NCBI GenBank assembly: GCA_951406725.2
Contig: OX597825.1
Location: 21,390,001 to 21,454,000 of the forward strand
Reading direction: 5' to 3'
Source of the DNA: Octopus vulgaris
Lineage: Eukaryota
Length of the DNA: 64,000 bases
Each line of letters begins with the position of its first letter. Within the stretch, counting starts at the first letter, position 1. The notes beneath the pieces are model-generated. The model searched no databases. It saw only the letters and a program-made list of their open reading frames with translations, and was not told the origin of the DNA. Both the position numbers and the translations under genes were made by a program. Positions 40,160-54,465 of this stretch are shown piece after piece.

Positions 40160-40984
40160 CATATATATATATATATATATATACATATACATAAATATAT
40201 ATGCGTGTGTGTGTGTTTGTGTCTGTATTTGTCCTCCCGTCACCACATGACAACCGGTATTAGTGTGTTTACGTACCCGTACACTAGCGGTTCGGCCAAA
40301 GGCCCGATAGAATAAGTCCTGGGGTCAATTTGCTCGACTAAAAACCCCTTTAAGGCAGTGCTCTAGTATGGCCGCAGTCAAATATCTGAAATAAATAAAA
40401 GAATACAAGAATATATATAATATACATACATATATACATACACATACACACACCTATATATTCACACACACACACAGATATATATATATATATATATATT
40501 TACATACATACACATGAGATTAGCATCTCCCATTCCACACGTACTCACACTCACATACTCACGCGCGCGCGCACACACACACACACGCTCTCTCATTCTC
40601 TCTTTCTACTTCACCCTCTTTCCCCCATCTCTCTCTCTCTCACTCTTTCTTTCTCTGACTAAAAAAAAAAACACGGATGTACAGGGTACAACAAGAATGA
40701 CACGGTTCACGTAAGTCGGCCATGTTTGAGTTTTGTCTGTTGCTAAAAGATGTCGGCTGTTGAGTGTGAAATGGTTCCTGGAGGACGGGGTCGCTAACTG
40801 AACGAGCCCCGACATTGCCGCAGCTGATATATTCTATTTATTTGTTCATTTATGTATTTATTGATCTTTGTTTTTAGCTAGAAAGCGGGATAAGAGGGGA
40901 ATGGCTACGGTTGCGAATTCTCGGAGCAAAAAAAAAAAAAAAAAAGAAAAATCTGACACACACACTTACATATTAACCACACCC

Positions 40985-41358
40985 AGGAATAGCTGTGAGT
41001 TCTGGGTTCAGTCCCGCTTCGTGACACCTTGGGCAAGTGTCTTCTACTATAGCCTCGGGCTGGCCAGAAACTTGTGAGTAGATTTGGTAGGCGGAAACTA
41101 AAAGAAGCCTGTCGCGCGTATTTATGTGTGTGTGTGTGTGTGTGTATTTGTATGTCTGTGTTTGAGCCACCAACATCGCTTGACAACCAATGTTGGTGTG
41201 TTTACGTCTCTGTAATTTAAACGGTTCGACAAAAGTTACCGATAGAATAAGTACTAGGCTTACAAGGAATAAATCCCGGGGTCGTATGTTCGACCAAAGG
41301 TAGTGCTCCAGCATGGCCGCAGCCAAAAGACTGAAGCAAATAAAAGAATAAAAGAATA
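40985..41358 (+). mobile_element. SINE family A (diverged)
   Basis: Family A body and tail. Confidence 0.8.
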
Positions 41359-41379
41359 ATGCATGCACGCAGTTATACA

Positions 41380-41410
<31 letters not shown>

Positions 41411-41685
41411 GTGTGTGTAGAGTGAAAACTGTGTGTATGTGTGTGTGTATATATGTGTGTGTACTCGATGATAAAGCATTACACACACATACGTGTGCAT
41501 GTACATTTATGTATGTATATATATATATATATACATACACACAAATGTATATATACGTGTGTGTGTACTCGGTGACAAGGCACACACACACATACATGTG
41601 TGTCTATATATATATATATATGTTTATATATATAGTTATATTAATATATATGTATATATATATATATATATACATATATATGTAT

Positions 41686-41795
<110 letters not shown>

Positions 41796-42223
41796 GATGT
41801 TTTTCCAGCAATCCGACTGAAGCATCACTAATTAATGGCCTTAGAGGAACCCACTGGATTCTGACACATCTCACCATTCTGTGGAGTACAACAGAGTAAT
41901 GTCATGGCCGTGAAAAGTAAACACTCTAAAGACACACACACACACACTCGCACAGACTCACACACACACGCACATATACATAAGCGCAAACAAGAATACA
42001 AACACGTGTGTGTGTGTGTGTATGTGTGGAAAAAGAATGAATAAGAAAGAAAAAGATTTGATAAGAAGTTAGGTTCCCAATCGCATGGTTGCGGGTTCAG
42101 TTCCATCGCGTGTCGCCTTGCGCAAATGCCTTCTATAACCCCAAAGACTTGTGAGTGAATACGATAGGTGAAAACTGAAAGAAACCCATCACATACACAT
42201 TTGAGTGTTTTAACATTTATATT

Positions 42224-42259
<36 letters not shown>

Positions 42260-42262
<3 letters not shown>

Positions 42263-42811
42263 GGTCAGGCAAAATGATCTGACACATTTGTAGGTTAAAT
42301 AAAAGGCAAATGAAGTAAAGAAACAAAAAAGTGTTTTTATTTTTGAAAAGTACATATAATGCCATTTTGCTTCATTATGTTTTAAAAATTAAATCAGTCA
42401 AATGGGATCCATTATTGTCCACACACTGTCGAAGGCGTTCACGAAAGTTGTCAATAACTCGGCGGGTCATTTCATGTGGAATGGCAGTAATTTCTTGACG
42501 AATTGCATCTTTAAGTTCTGGCTGTGCGAGGTCGGCCGGTTGATTTTCGTTTCAATGCAGATCCAGTAGCTCTGAAGTTGGTAACCCATAACAAGATCGT
42601 GTTTCGAGCTGGTACGGGATCATGTCTACCAAGATTGAAGTGCAAACGGAACGCTCTTTGTGTTGCAGTTACAGAATCGTTTGTTTTGATAAACGTTTCC
42701 ACAATGAAAGCGCGATGCTCACCATTCCAATTCATGGCAGCAACTGAAAAAGAAACGAAAAACAATGCTTTTTATTTAACCTACAAATGTGTCAGATCAT
42801 TTTGCCTGACC

Positions 42812-42814
<3 letters not shown>
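42260..42814 (-). mobile_element. Non-autonomous Tc1/mariner element, 555 bp, perfect 45-bp TIRs, inserted in (TA)n
   Basis: TIR CAGGGTCAGGCAAAATGATCTGACACATTTGTAGGTTAAATAAAA at both ends. N-terminal HTH (SVTATQRAFR..WVTNFRATGS..GRPR) is joined to the C-terminus (LKDAIRQEI..RLRQCVDNNGSHL); the catalytic core is deleted. Confidence 0.95.
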
Positions 42815-42889
<75 letters not shown>

Positions 42890-42928
42890 GAAAGAAGGTT
42901 TGAAAATGCAATTTAAAAGATGTTTATT

Positions 42929-42971
42929 TACTTAACCGGTTTCACTCTTTGGAAAAAGATTGTCAAAAGTA
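42929..42971 (-). ncRNA. Minimal hammerhead motif, U3-A8 core variant
   Basis: TACTT-TTGACAA-TCTTT-ttcc-AAAGA-gt-GAAA-CCGG-TT-AAGTA, followed by AATAAA and (TA)n. Confidence 0.6.
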
Positions 42972-44196
42972 ACACATGGAAGTTTGGTTGCGTTAATTAT
43001 TGGTTGTTGCAAATTGTCACATTACATGTATATATACAGTCTTTGGTAACAGGGACATGTTAAGGACATAAAAAAGTACAACAGTATGATGAGAATATTT
43101 GAAAAAATGGGCAGAAAAGATTAAAACAAATATATTATACATCTCAGGGTAATTTCCAGGAGGAATTATCAAAAAAAGTTCAGTACAGAATATTATACAT
43201 ATATATGTTTATCGGAACGTGGCGAAGGAATAAAGGACTATCTTATGAGTTTCATTGGCTTACAGCTGTCTTTGCTATATGATGCAGGAAAATTCATTGC
43301 TGAGTGACTGAGTAACCCCCCCCCCACAAATACATATACACACTTATACGCCAAATGTATGTATGTATATATGTGTGTGTCTTTGTGTTTGTCTCAAGCC
43401 TCCTTCCAAGAACCTATGTTAGCTAATTTACGTCCCCCGTATCTTTGTGGTTCGGTAACATGGAACGATAAAGTATTCACCAGAATTAGAAAAATTACTA
43501 CTGGAGTCGATTTCTCCAACTAAACTCTTAATAACGGTGCCCCAACACTAACGTTGGCCCTCAAAGAAACTCGTTTGGTTGAGGACCGGAATAGAATTGT
43601 CGACTGTCATATCGTATGAAATATATATTAGCTTAGGTGTTGGGGTGTAGGACTCACGATGTTGAGATTGTGGATTTGATTCCTAGACCAGGCGATATGT
43701 TGTGCTCTTGAATAAACTACTCCACTTCTCGTTGCTCCAGTCCAATCAACTGTAGCAATGAGTTTAGCCTGGGATGGGCTCCACCAGGCATTCTCGCTCT
43801 AGATACGCTGCATGGCTGCAGTGCTCCAGCAACCCCCAAGGGACTTGTCACGAAGTACATGACTGGTACTTGTTCAATCAATTTTAAAGTATTAAATGAC
43901 AAACTCATTTCGTTTGGAAGAAATGGGCGGCTTTCTCTAAGGCCGGGCCGACGGCGCTAAACATCGTGGCACTGGGTGTGTGTCTCTGTATCTTTCTGTG
44001 TCTCTCTCTGTCTCTCTCACTCCTTTTCTGCACTCTCTCTCTCTATATGTATGTACGTATGTATGTATGTATGTATGTATGTATGTATGTATGTATGTAT
44101 ATATATATATATTGTACATACGTATGTGCACTAACCCCAACATTCCGAGTTTGATTCCAGGTAGTGACCTCAATAGTAAATAATAATAATAATAAT

Positions 44197-44252
<56 letters not shown>

Positions 44253-44308
44253 CAACAACATCGAAAAATACTTTAGGAATAAGAACCCATGTTCGAAATT
44301 TCACCAAG

Positions 44309-44352
44309 AAACCTGATAAAGGCTGGAGAGTATATCAGCCGAAACGTTGTTT
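44309..44352 (+). ncRNA. Minimal hammerhead motif after (TAA)n
   Basis: AAAC-CTGATAA-A-GGCTG-gagagtatat-CAGCC-GAAA-CG-TT-GTTT; G8 is replaced by A. Confidence 0.65.
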
Positions 44353-44479
44353 TAACAACAAAAATAAAATGAGGACAAATATTCGTCAAATGTAAATACT
44401 GTAAATAATGTAAATATTGTATTTATTTATGTTCTCTCCTGTTTTTAATTATTTAAATTCTTCCTCTGATGAAGGAGCT

Positions 44480-46260
44480 AGTTTCTAACAAAAATACAAA
44501 GCTCCGTCTTTGGAATGTAGATAAAAACAATGTCGCATTTTAAACTTGAGAAGAGTCTTATTCTAACTGTTCCATCTACAGATTGTATTTTTAGCGAGCG
44601 AGTTAAATGGTTGATTGCTTTTTCTGAAAACCCTAACCTACCCAGATTGTCACTTAGGGATTTACTAAAAAATCCTAGTTGCACCAATCATTATTGGTAT
44701 AGATCTGAATTTATAATCTAATAGGAGTGGCTGTGTGGTAAGTAGCTTGCTTACCAGCCACATGGTTCCGGGTTCAGTCCCACAGCGTGGTACCTTGGGC
44801 AAGTGTCTTCTACTATAGCCTGGGACTGACCAAAGCCTTGTGAGTGGATTTGGTAGACGGAAACTGAAAGAAGCCCGTCTTATACGTGTATATATATGTA
44901 TATGTATGCGTGTATATGTTTGTGTGTCTGTGTTTGTCCCCCAACATCACTTGACAACTGATGCTGGTGTGTTTACGTCCCCATAACTTAGCGGTTCGGC
45001 AAAAGAGACCGATAGAATAAGTACTAGGCTTCCAAAAGAATAAGTCCTGGGGTCGATTTGCTCGACTAAAAGGTGGTGCTCCAGCATGGCCGCAGTCAAA
45101 TGACTGAAACAAGTAAAAGAGTAGAGAGTAAAAGAGTAAATCGAAGCTGAAGGTTTCAAATCAATTATCAATATTTATCCTCTGATTGATTCACAAACAG
45201 ATAATCACATCAGCAGTACAGCTGAACTCAATGGCGGTACATACGTTTTCTTGTCTGTCCCTATAAATAATATCCGGTCTGTTATGTTTACACTTGACAG
45301 ATGTTTTCACAGGAATGTTCTAACAGTATTCTTTGTGTTGATGTTTGTGTATGTATTCAATAACAGAGAGACTCTTTATACAGTCTTCTTTCTTTTTTAC
45401 CGAAAGGCACCGTATATTGTTTTTGCGACAGCGTCATGTCACATAGGGAGCTAGTACCTTAATGATGTCTTGGGACAGCTGCTAATCATGTGTGATGCTT
45501 TTAACAAAGATATGGCAATCTACATTTTCAGTTGCATTTTGGAGAACTCCCAGAGTTTTACTGTCCCTTTTGTCAAATAGATATTTCGAAACAATCTCCT
45601 GTTCTTGAATTGCGAATGCTTAGCCTTGGAAGTGTGTTGCGTTGCAGCGGTCACGAGTCTTCGAAAATCAAACCCATGCAAGGTCATTTTTTTTTTTTTT
45701 GGTATGCTGGGGGTTTCATCTCCATGTCTTTCTTGAGGTATGCTAGTCCGGCTAATTTGGAGTTATTCGGGAGGTCATCAGGAAGCGAGTACATCTTGAG
45801 AAGCTCTCTGCCGAAACGTAGGATATTGTTCTCTTCAATTTTTAGCTCTAAGTTAAAGTATTTATTTTTGCTGTTGTTTAGTACGTGCTGCCTGAGAAAG
45901 ATTGTACGATATTTGAAGGCCGTCTGAACTGATCTCAAGCCACTACCCGCTTCATCTCTTCTTAGTTAGAGCTATTCAATATCATGATTTCATGTGGAGA
46001 TTTCCAGTTCATGTCAGTATCTTGCGGGTTATGTATGTATGTATGTATGTATGTATGTATGTATGTATGTATGTATGTATGTATGTATGTATGTATGTAT
46101 GTATTTATGTATGTATGTATGTAGGTATTTATCTATAGGTGGGCGAATGGATGTCGTCTGTATGTATGAAATTTCTATTGATGCACGGTGAAGTGATAAA
46201 TTACAGGACTCAATACCTAAATGTAGAGCATTCTTTAATACACTTATAACTAAAAGATTC
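44480..46260 (-). mobile_element. RLE-type non-LTR retrotransposon relic (post-RT, CCHC remnant, RLE), split by a SINE and (TATG)n
   Basis: TRKILT.TGNLH...RDEAGSGLRSVQTAF; AIQEQEIVSKYL; HMISSCPK..RY.LP..HD; KCKHNRPDIIYRD..CTAIEFSC.AD; resumes after the SINE at DYKFR.IPIMIGA. Confidence 0.85.
44723..45140 (+). mobile_element. SINE family A inserted in the RLE domain
   Basis: Full family A sequence. Confidence 0.9.
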
Positions 46261-47034
46261 ATAATAACTGGGAAGCTAATTTTTATATCTCACTCCTGAT
46301 ACATGGTAATCTGCACCTGTTTTCTCGTATACTATTCCTTTGAATATGTTTTGAAATATTATACAAAAATTATCAAGAAAACGCTTATCTTTATGCTCTG
46401 TTTGTTTCAATATGAAATTTTGCTGGTTGCGGTTGTGTTTGCCTTTTCTTGTAGGCAACTATTATGGTAATTCTTGTACATGTTGGATTGTCTTTCTTCC
46501 AGGTGACCAAAGTACGAATGGGACGCACATATTTAAGCGGGAAAGTCTCATGTCGAAATATACGGAAATGTCCACGTCAGACATGCGAAAGTCCTGGAGG
46601 TTTATGCTGCAGTACCTGTCGAATATTAGGTAAGTGAAACGTATCTGTAAATTTTTAAAAGGACTTCAATAATTAATTATATTTAAATGTAACTTTGTGA
46701 AACTTATCATCTAAAAATGTGCTTGGTCGAATCAACAGTGAATGCCAAAAGAAATCGAAAATACAGACATTCGTAATAATGTCATTCTCAGAATATTGTG
46801 TTCACAGTCAAGGTTTTCACCTGATATACACTGGCGTCTCAGTCCGGGGCGATATTCGTGTATTATTTCCTTAAAGTTAGGGAAAAATAGTGATCTAATG
46901 GGTTACGAAAATCTGTAAAATTCGTGGAAATATTTAACTAGGTTAAAAGACGAACCAGCGAAACGTCCGTTAACCCACGAATTTAGTGTGCTTCGGTTTC
47001 TCACGGCTCCATGATAGAAAACTTAATTTCTTTC

Positions 47035-48360
47035 TGGTCGTCTTTGCCTTTCATCTTTTCGGTGTCGATAAAATAAGTACCAGTTGAACACTTGTTTTAA
47101 TGATCATTATTATGGAGAAGTTATGTTATGTCGAACTTGCAGAACCGTTAGCGCGTTGGACGAAATGCTTAGCGATATTTCGCTACGTTCTGAGTTCAAA
47201 TTCCACCGAGGTCGACTTTGCCTTTCATCTTTTCGGGGTCGATAAAATAAGTACCAGTTGAACACTGCGGTCGATGTAATCGACTCATCCCCTCCTTCCC
47301 AAATTGTTGTCATTGAGGAAAAATTTGAAAACATTATTATGGTGAAGTTAAAATGCTTAGCGGCATTTCGTCCGTCTTGCGGTCTGAGTTCAAATTGTGC
47401 CGATTTTGACTTTGCATTTCATCTTTTCGGTTTGGATAAAACGAGTACCAGTTGAACACTGAGGTCGATTACATCCCCCGAAATTGCTGGCTTTGTGCCA
47501 AAATATATAACTATTATTATGGAGAAGTTTGAGGGCGACCAGCTGGCAGAATCGTTGGAGTGTCGAAAAAAAAAGCTTTCTGGCATTTGTTCCGACTCTA
47601 CCTTCTGAGTTCAAAACCCACTGAGGTTAACTTAGCCTTTTACCCATTCGAGGTCAATAAAATAACGTACCAGCCAAATACTTGTGTTGGGGGCAGTGGT
47701 TAACCACTCCACTCAAAATTGTCGGCCTTGTCCCCAAATTAGAAATATTTTGAGAACAGTGAGTTGTTCTGGTTCTTTACATTCTGAGTTCCGAAGTTAA
47801 CTTTGTCTTTCATCCTTCCGGAGCCGAAAAAAAAAAAAAACGAAAAATACCAGCCTTGTATGTGGGTCGATGGTAGTTACTAACCATCTAAGGCGGCGAG
47901 CTGGCAGAAACGTTAGCACGCCGGGCGAAATGCTTTGTGGTATTTCGTCCTCCGCTGCGTTCTGAGTTCAAACTCCGCCGAGGTCGACTTTGCCTTTCAT
48001 CCTTTCGGGGTAATTAGTACTTAAATAAGTACCAGTTACGTACTGGGATCGATATAATCGACTTAATCCCTTTGTCCTCTCTGTGTTTAGCCCCTTGTGG
48101 GTAGTAAAAAAATGGGTTTTTCGTCTGCCGTTACGTTCTGAGTTCAAACTCCGCCGAGGTCGACTTTGCCTTTCATCCTATCGGTGTCGATTAAATAAGT
48201 ACCAGTTACGCACTGGGGTCGATATCCGTTTGCCGATAATCCGTTTGTCTGTCCTTGTTTGTTCCCTCTGTATTTAGCCCCTAATGGGTAGTAAAGAAAT
48301 AGGTAGTTACTAACCATCTTCGTTAGAAACTGCTGGCCTTGTGCTTAGATTAGAAGCCAT
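47035..48360 (+). mobile_element. Array of about 7 family B SINE units of mixed divergence
   Basis: Repeated TTCTGAGTTCAAA..CCGAGGTCGACTTTGCCTTTCATC blocks. Confidence 0.8.
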
Positions 48361-48929
48361 TATTATGTAGGAGTTCTAAAGTTGATCTTGGTTAAATGAA
48401 AACCTGTTTTGCTTGTCCGTTATCTCTGAACACCTATTTTAACACGCCTCGTGTTATCTGCTCTCTTTCCTCGTTAATGAAGTCAGCTAGATTAACCTTC
48501 TCCCCTTCCACCCACAAATCTCTTTTTTCACATCTAACATCACTTCCTCTCTCTCTCTTTCTTAACCTCTCTCTCTCTTAACCTCTTCCTCTCTTTCTCC
48601 TTTTTTTTTTTGCTTTTCTTTTTCTTTATATTGCTTCTGGAATTTACACTCTCCCTTTTTGGATTCCTTTGAAGAATTTTTTTTTATTTTAGCTCAGAAT
48701 ACACCAAAAATTCCTGAAAGAGGAAGAAAATATCTGAAGACCTTATCTAACTAACGACAACACAAAATAACAACAACAACAACTCCATAGTAAAAAAAAA
48801 AAGAAAAAAAAAAAAAAAATAAGCGAAGTATTAGTTTAAATACGAAAACAAAACTGTCTAAACACAAAACAAATAACTACTAAACAAGATTATTAAATAA
48901 ACAACAAACAACAATAATACGATCGCTAC

Positions 48930-48933
48930 TACA

Positions 48934-48986
<53 letters not shown>

Positions 48987-49060
48987 TAATAAAAATAATG
49001 ATAACAATAATAATAATAATAAAAGTAATAATAATGATAATAATAATGATAATAATAATG

Positions 49061-49114
<54 letters not shown>

Positions 49115-49150
49115 GTAATAATAATGATAATAATAATAAAAATAATACTG
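48930..49150. repeat. (TAA)n/(TGA)n compound microsatellite
   Basis: Direct inspection. Confidence 0.95.
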
Positions 49151-50364
49151 ATAGTAATGGAAATCTGTAAGATACTTTGTTTGCAGACGGTTTTGAAACG
49201 TGCTGCCCGAAACTTTACACACTTTCCGACATATGGCTTGTATTTCTAAGCAGTTGATTAACAAGTGACAGGATCCCTCTTACACCCTACAGGTTTCCCC
49301 TTTCGTTTGACTCCAACTGTTTTACTTTTTTCAATGAAATTCTTCATCATTGGATAGGGATGGTATCTGGCACGGGTACTCTTGTTTCTTTTAACGCTTG
49401 CTAATAATTACCTAGCAAAGTGGGGCCACGCACGATATAAAAATAACCCTTAATTAAATAACCTGATAACGGTTTGTTATTCTAATTAACACCCGGCAAG
49501 AAATATAAACGGGTGGGGTATCCTCTTAGCTAATTACCACACATCGTAGTGTTAACCATTATTAATAGGTTTTTTGATATACTCTAAAACATTGCACGAG
49601 CTTCAAGAAATAGTAGCCAAATAACCCTCTTGTCACGCACAGACCGTCTATTAAATAGGAAGGACGCATTAGATAATATATTATCTTTTACTTGATCCAG
49701 CCATTGGACTGCGGCCATGCTGGTGCACCGCCTTGAAGGGCTTTTGTTGGAAAAGTTGACCCCTCCAACCACTTATGTTTATTGTTTTGTTTTGTTTTTA
49801 TATAGTTTAGGTCTTTATATAGTTTAAGTCTGGTTCTAATACTATCTTCATTTCTGCTGAACTGCTATGTTACGGGGACGTTAACGAAACAACACCGGTT
49901 GTCAAGCGGTGGGTGGGTGATAATCAAACACATACACACACACAGAGTATTTCAGTATTTTACAGTTCCCTTGTTCAATCAAAATACAATTGAAATACTG
50001 CATACATACCTAACTGGTGGCAGGTTGATTGATATAACCATATGGTTCAGCTCTCTACCCGTTAAAAAGCCACCGTTTACGGAATGAGGATAACAACGTA
50101 GCTTTCGCGCCCGTGCAACCGCCAGAGTATCGCGTGTGGTGGGTGGATCTTCAAGTTGTCACACGCATTCTTAGTAGCTTAGAGTAGGCTCGAATTAGAG
50201 ATTATTCTTTGTGGCTAATGGCGTGAGTCCTGATTGGAAGAAGAAGAAGAAGAAGAAGAAGAAGAAGAAGAAGAAGAAGAAGAAGAAGAAGAAGAAGAAG
50301 AAGACAACAGCAACAAAACTAGCAGTAGTAGTAACAAGGAGAAGACAACTACTACAGCAACAAT

Positions 50365-51030
50365 ACCTATTTCTTTACTACCCACAAGCGACTAAACACA
50401 GAGAGGACAAACAAGGACAGACAAAGGGATTAAGTCGATTATATCGACCCCAGTGTGTAACTATTACTCATTTAATCGACCCCGAAAGGATGAAAGGTAA
50501 AGTTGACCTCGGCGGAATTTGAACTCAAAATGCAGCGGCAGACGTAATACCTATTTCTTTACTACCCACAAGGGACTAAACACAGAGAGGACAAACAAGG
50601 ACAAACAAACCGATTAAGTCGCTTATATCGACCCCAGTGCGTAACTGGTACTTATTTAATCGACCCCGAAAGGATGAAAGGCAAAGTCGACCTCGGAGGA
50701 ATTTGAACTCAGAACGTAGCGGCAGACGAAATACCGCTAAGCATTTCGTCCGGCGTGCTAACGTTTCTGCCAGCTCGCCGCCTACAGCAACAATATCTAT
50801 TTTTTTTATTACCCACAAGGGGCTAAACACAGAGGGGACAAACAAGGACAGACAAACGGATTGAGTCGATTATATCGACCCCAGTGTGTAACTAGTACTT
50901 ATTTAATCGACTCCGAAAGGATGAAAGGCAAAGTCGACCTCGGCGGAATTTGAACTCACAACGTAACGACAGACGAAATACCGCTAAGCATTTCGCCCGG
51001 CGTGCTAACGTTTCTGCCAGCTCGCCGCCT
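50365..51030 (-). mobile_element. Family B SINE trimer following (GAA)n (50237-50303)
   Basis: Three nearly identical cores; the head CAGCTCGCCGCC occurs twice, each followed by TACAGCAACAATA. Confidence 0.85.
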
Positions 51031-51500
51031 ACAGCAACAATACCGACAGCCATTGCAACAAATACAACAACAAATACAACAACAACATCGACCCAAATTT
51101 CTCAAGGTTACTTACTACACAAGAGTGTGTGACGCTCATACTTACCGTCAGTTGAATGAGTACAATAATGTTATAATCCAGGGCGTGAACTCTACTCATT
51201 GGGGTCTTAAACACCACTCAATAGCTTCGGTAGTTCCCTTTCTTTTATTATACAAATATATGTATTCAAACTACTATTCTTTAATAAGCATAAATTCCCA
51301 CAAGCCTACCGAGTTTCTACTCATTGACTCCGAAATGATTAACTCCATGCTTGTCAACTGTCTTTTCACACACACTCAAGATTTTTTGCATTTCCGTTTC
51401 CGGTTTGCTGATTGTTTTGTTTCATTTCATAGAATATTCTGGATCACTCTTTGTCTTATTTATTCTTGTATGTACATATCTATATCTCTCTATGTTTCTG

Positions 51501-51534
<34 letters not shown>

Positions 51535-51652
51535 TGTATGTATGTATGTATGTATGTATGTATGTATGTATGCATGTGTGTGTGTATGTGTGTGTAGGTA
51601 ATATATATAATTGAAAAAGCAAGAAAGGGTACTGCTGGACGTTTATTTATTA

Positions 51653-51758
51653 ATCACTACAATTGTTTCCACGCAACGTATTTCTCCAGGCGTACAGGTA
51701 TTTCATTAAGCCACCGCTTCCCTGCATTATGATATCTAGTTGTGTTTCCTCATGTGAT
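51653..51758 (-). ncRNA. Type I hammerhead-like motif with long stem II loop
   Basis: ATCAC-ATGAGGA-AACACAAC...GTTGCGTG-GAAA-CAATTG-TA-GTGAT followed by AATAAA; C3 is replaced by A. Confidence 0.65.
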
Positions 51759-51804
51759 GTCAAACTATTGCTTCCATAAGTTCAAAATACTCAGAGACAA
51801 TATA

Positions 51805-52042
51805 TACTCTTTTTACTCTTTACTTGTTTCAGCCATTTGAAAGTGGCCATGCTGGATCACCGTCTTTAGTCGAGCAAATCGATCCAGGACTTATTCTTTG
51901 TAAGCCTGGTGCTTATTCTATCGGTCTCTTTTGCCGAACCGCGAAGTTAAACACACCAGCATCGGTTGTCAAGAGATGTTTGGGAGACAAACACGGACAC
52001 ACAAACACACAAACATACACACACAAACACACAGACAGACAG

Positions 52043-52073
<31 letters not shown>

Positions 52074-52228
52074 CATATATACGGCGGGCTTCTTTCAGTT
52101 TCCGTCTACCAAATCCACTCATAAGGCTTTGGTCGGTCCGAGGCTATAGTAGAAGACACTTGCCCAAGGTGCCACGCAATGGGACTGAACCCGGAACCAT
52201 GTGGTTGATAAGCAAGCTACTTACCACA
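51805..52228 (-). mobile_element. SINE family A
   Basis: Reverse complement of family A. Confidence 0.88.
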
Positions 52229-52322
52229 TCTATCTATCTGCCTGTCTATCTGTCTATGTATTACTCTTACCCTCTATTTAAACGGGTGCTTGTCTATATC
52301 TATGTCTGTTGTTTCCTCCCTC

Positions 52323-52369
<47 letters not shown>

Positions 52370-53889
52370 CACTCTCTCAGCATCTCTTTGCATTATGCAT
52401 ACGGGTATGAATGTACGAACGTATGTACAAACGTTTGTATGTATGTATGTATTTATGTATGTATGTATGTATGTTTGTATGTATGTATGTATGTATGTAT
52501 GTACGTAGGTATGTATGCATGTATGTTTGTATGTATGTATGTATGTATGTTTGTTTGTATGTATGTATGTATGTATGTTTGTATGTACGTAGGTATGTAT
52601 GCATGTATGTATGTATGCATGTATGTATGTATGTATGTATGTATGTATGTATGTATGACTGTATGTATGTATCTCTCTCTCTATCTATCTGTCTATCTTT
52701 AACTGTAAGTCTGTTTTATGGAGCTGCACTTTCTGCATTTCAAATAGACTGGCTTTGTATAAAACTGGTCCTGCCTGTTTTAAAACAGTTCCCTTGACCC
52801 CTAAAAACATAAATAAATACACATACTAAAGGATATAAAAGGGGCTATTGATTTGACCTTGCACAATGAATTTTCCTAAGCCATCTACATCAATCACTTC
52901 CTTTATATCCCTGATATTTTTCTGCTCCTTTTATTACCTTTTTATGCCTTTGCTGTCTTACATGTCTTTCGTCATTTCTGTTGTAGTTTGTTTTTCTGTT
53001 GCTGTTCATTTTTCACCCAGGATTTTTTAACCCTCTCTCCCCCAAACAACCATAATATACAAAATAAGCAAAGAAAAGTAAAACCGAGAGACTCATAGAC
53101 ATGAGTAAAGCATCAAGCTCAATAGGAAACCGATTGGATAATGTCAAAGCCTGTAAGCTTAATGCAACAACATGGTGACTGCTTCATCGCAGGGGACTCG
53201 AACATCGTAAAGTATAAATAAAATAGAAGAGGAAAACACGGAGGGAATAAATAGAAAGAAAATAAAATAAGAAATAATAAAAAGGAAATTAAAAAAAAGG
53301 AGAGAAAATAATAAAAAAAAAAGGTGTGGGTGATAAATTCAATTTCTCTTTTGGTAAAAATATCCAAAGTTAGGTAGACAAGTTCAGTCTACTGAACTAA
53401 CCGGAGGGTGGTTTGATCGTAAAAATCTCCAACGACTTCATCATAAATATTCTATCTTTTTGTTCGGCAAAAAAGAAATTGAACGGAAAAAAAGGAAAAA
53501 AAAAGAAAATACCTACAAAAATCAGGGAAAGCGATACAAAAACAAAAAAAGACAAAATGTCGTAAGCGGGAAGAGAAAAAAAGGTAGAAGACGAAGAATG
53601 TTTTGGGGGAGAAGTACTGGGTGGGTGGGGGAAGGACAGGTCTTTCTCATTAAAGACATAAAATAATGGTTTTCGTCTTGAAATGCTATGTTAATTTTCC
53701 ATGAGAATATGCGCTGGAGTCATTTGTTGACTGGGACCCAAAGCATTACTGGTATTTATTTTATCAGACCACTGCGAAATGAAAGACGCAGCTGACCTTG
53801 ATCGAAGAGCGATAAATACCTGTAAGAATGATAGAAATAATGGCATTTGTTAATATTCCGTATACATTACCCTTGATTTGAAGGGAACA

Positions 53890-54465
<576 letters not shown>

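Noticed and set aside
49189-49258. Possible VWC second-half exon (TTGCAG|..ETCCPK)
   Set aside because: Lacks the other cysteines and reaches a stop without a convincing donor.
51824-52702. 292-aa ORF and the recurring RASFSFRLPNPL peptide
   Set aside because: Antisense reading of SINE family A plus microsatellite.
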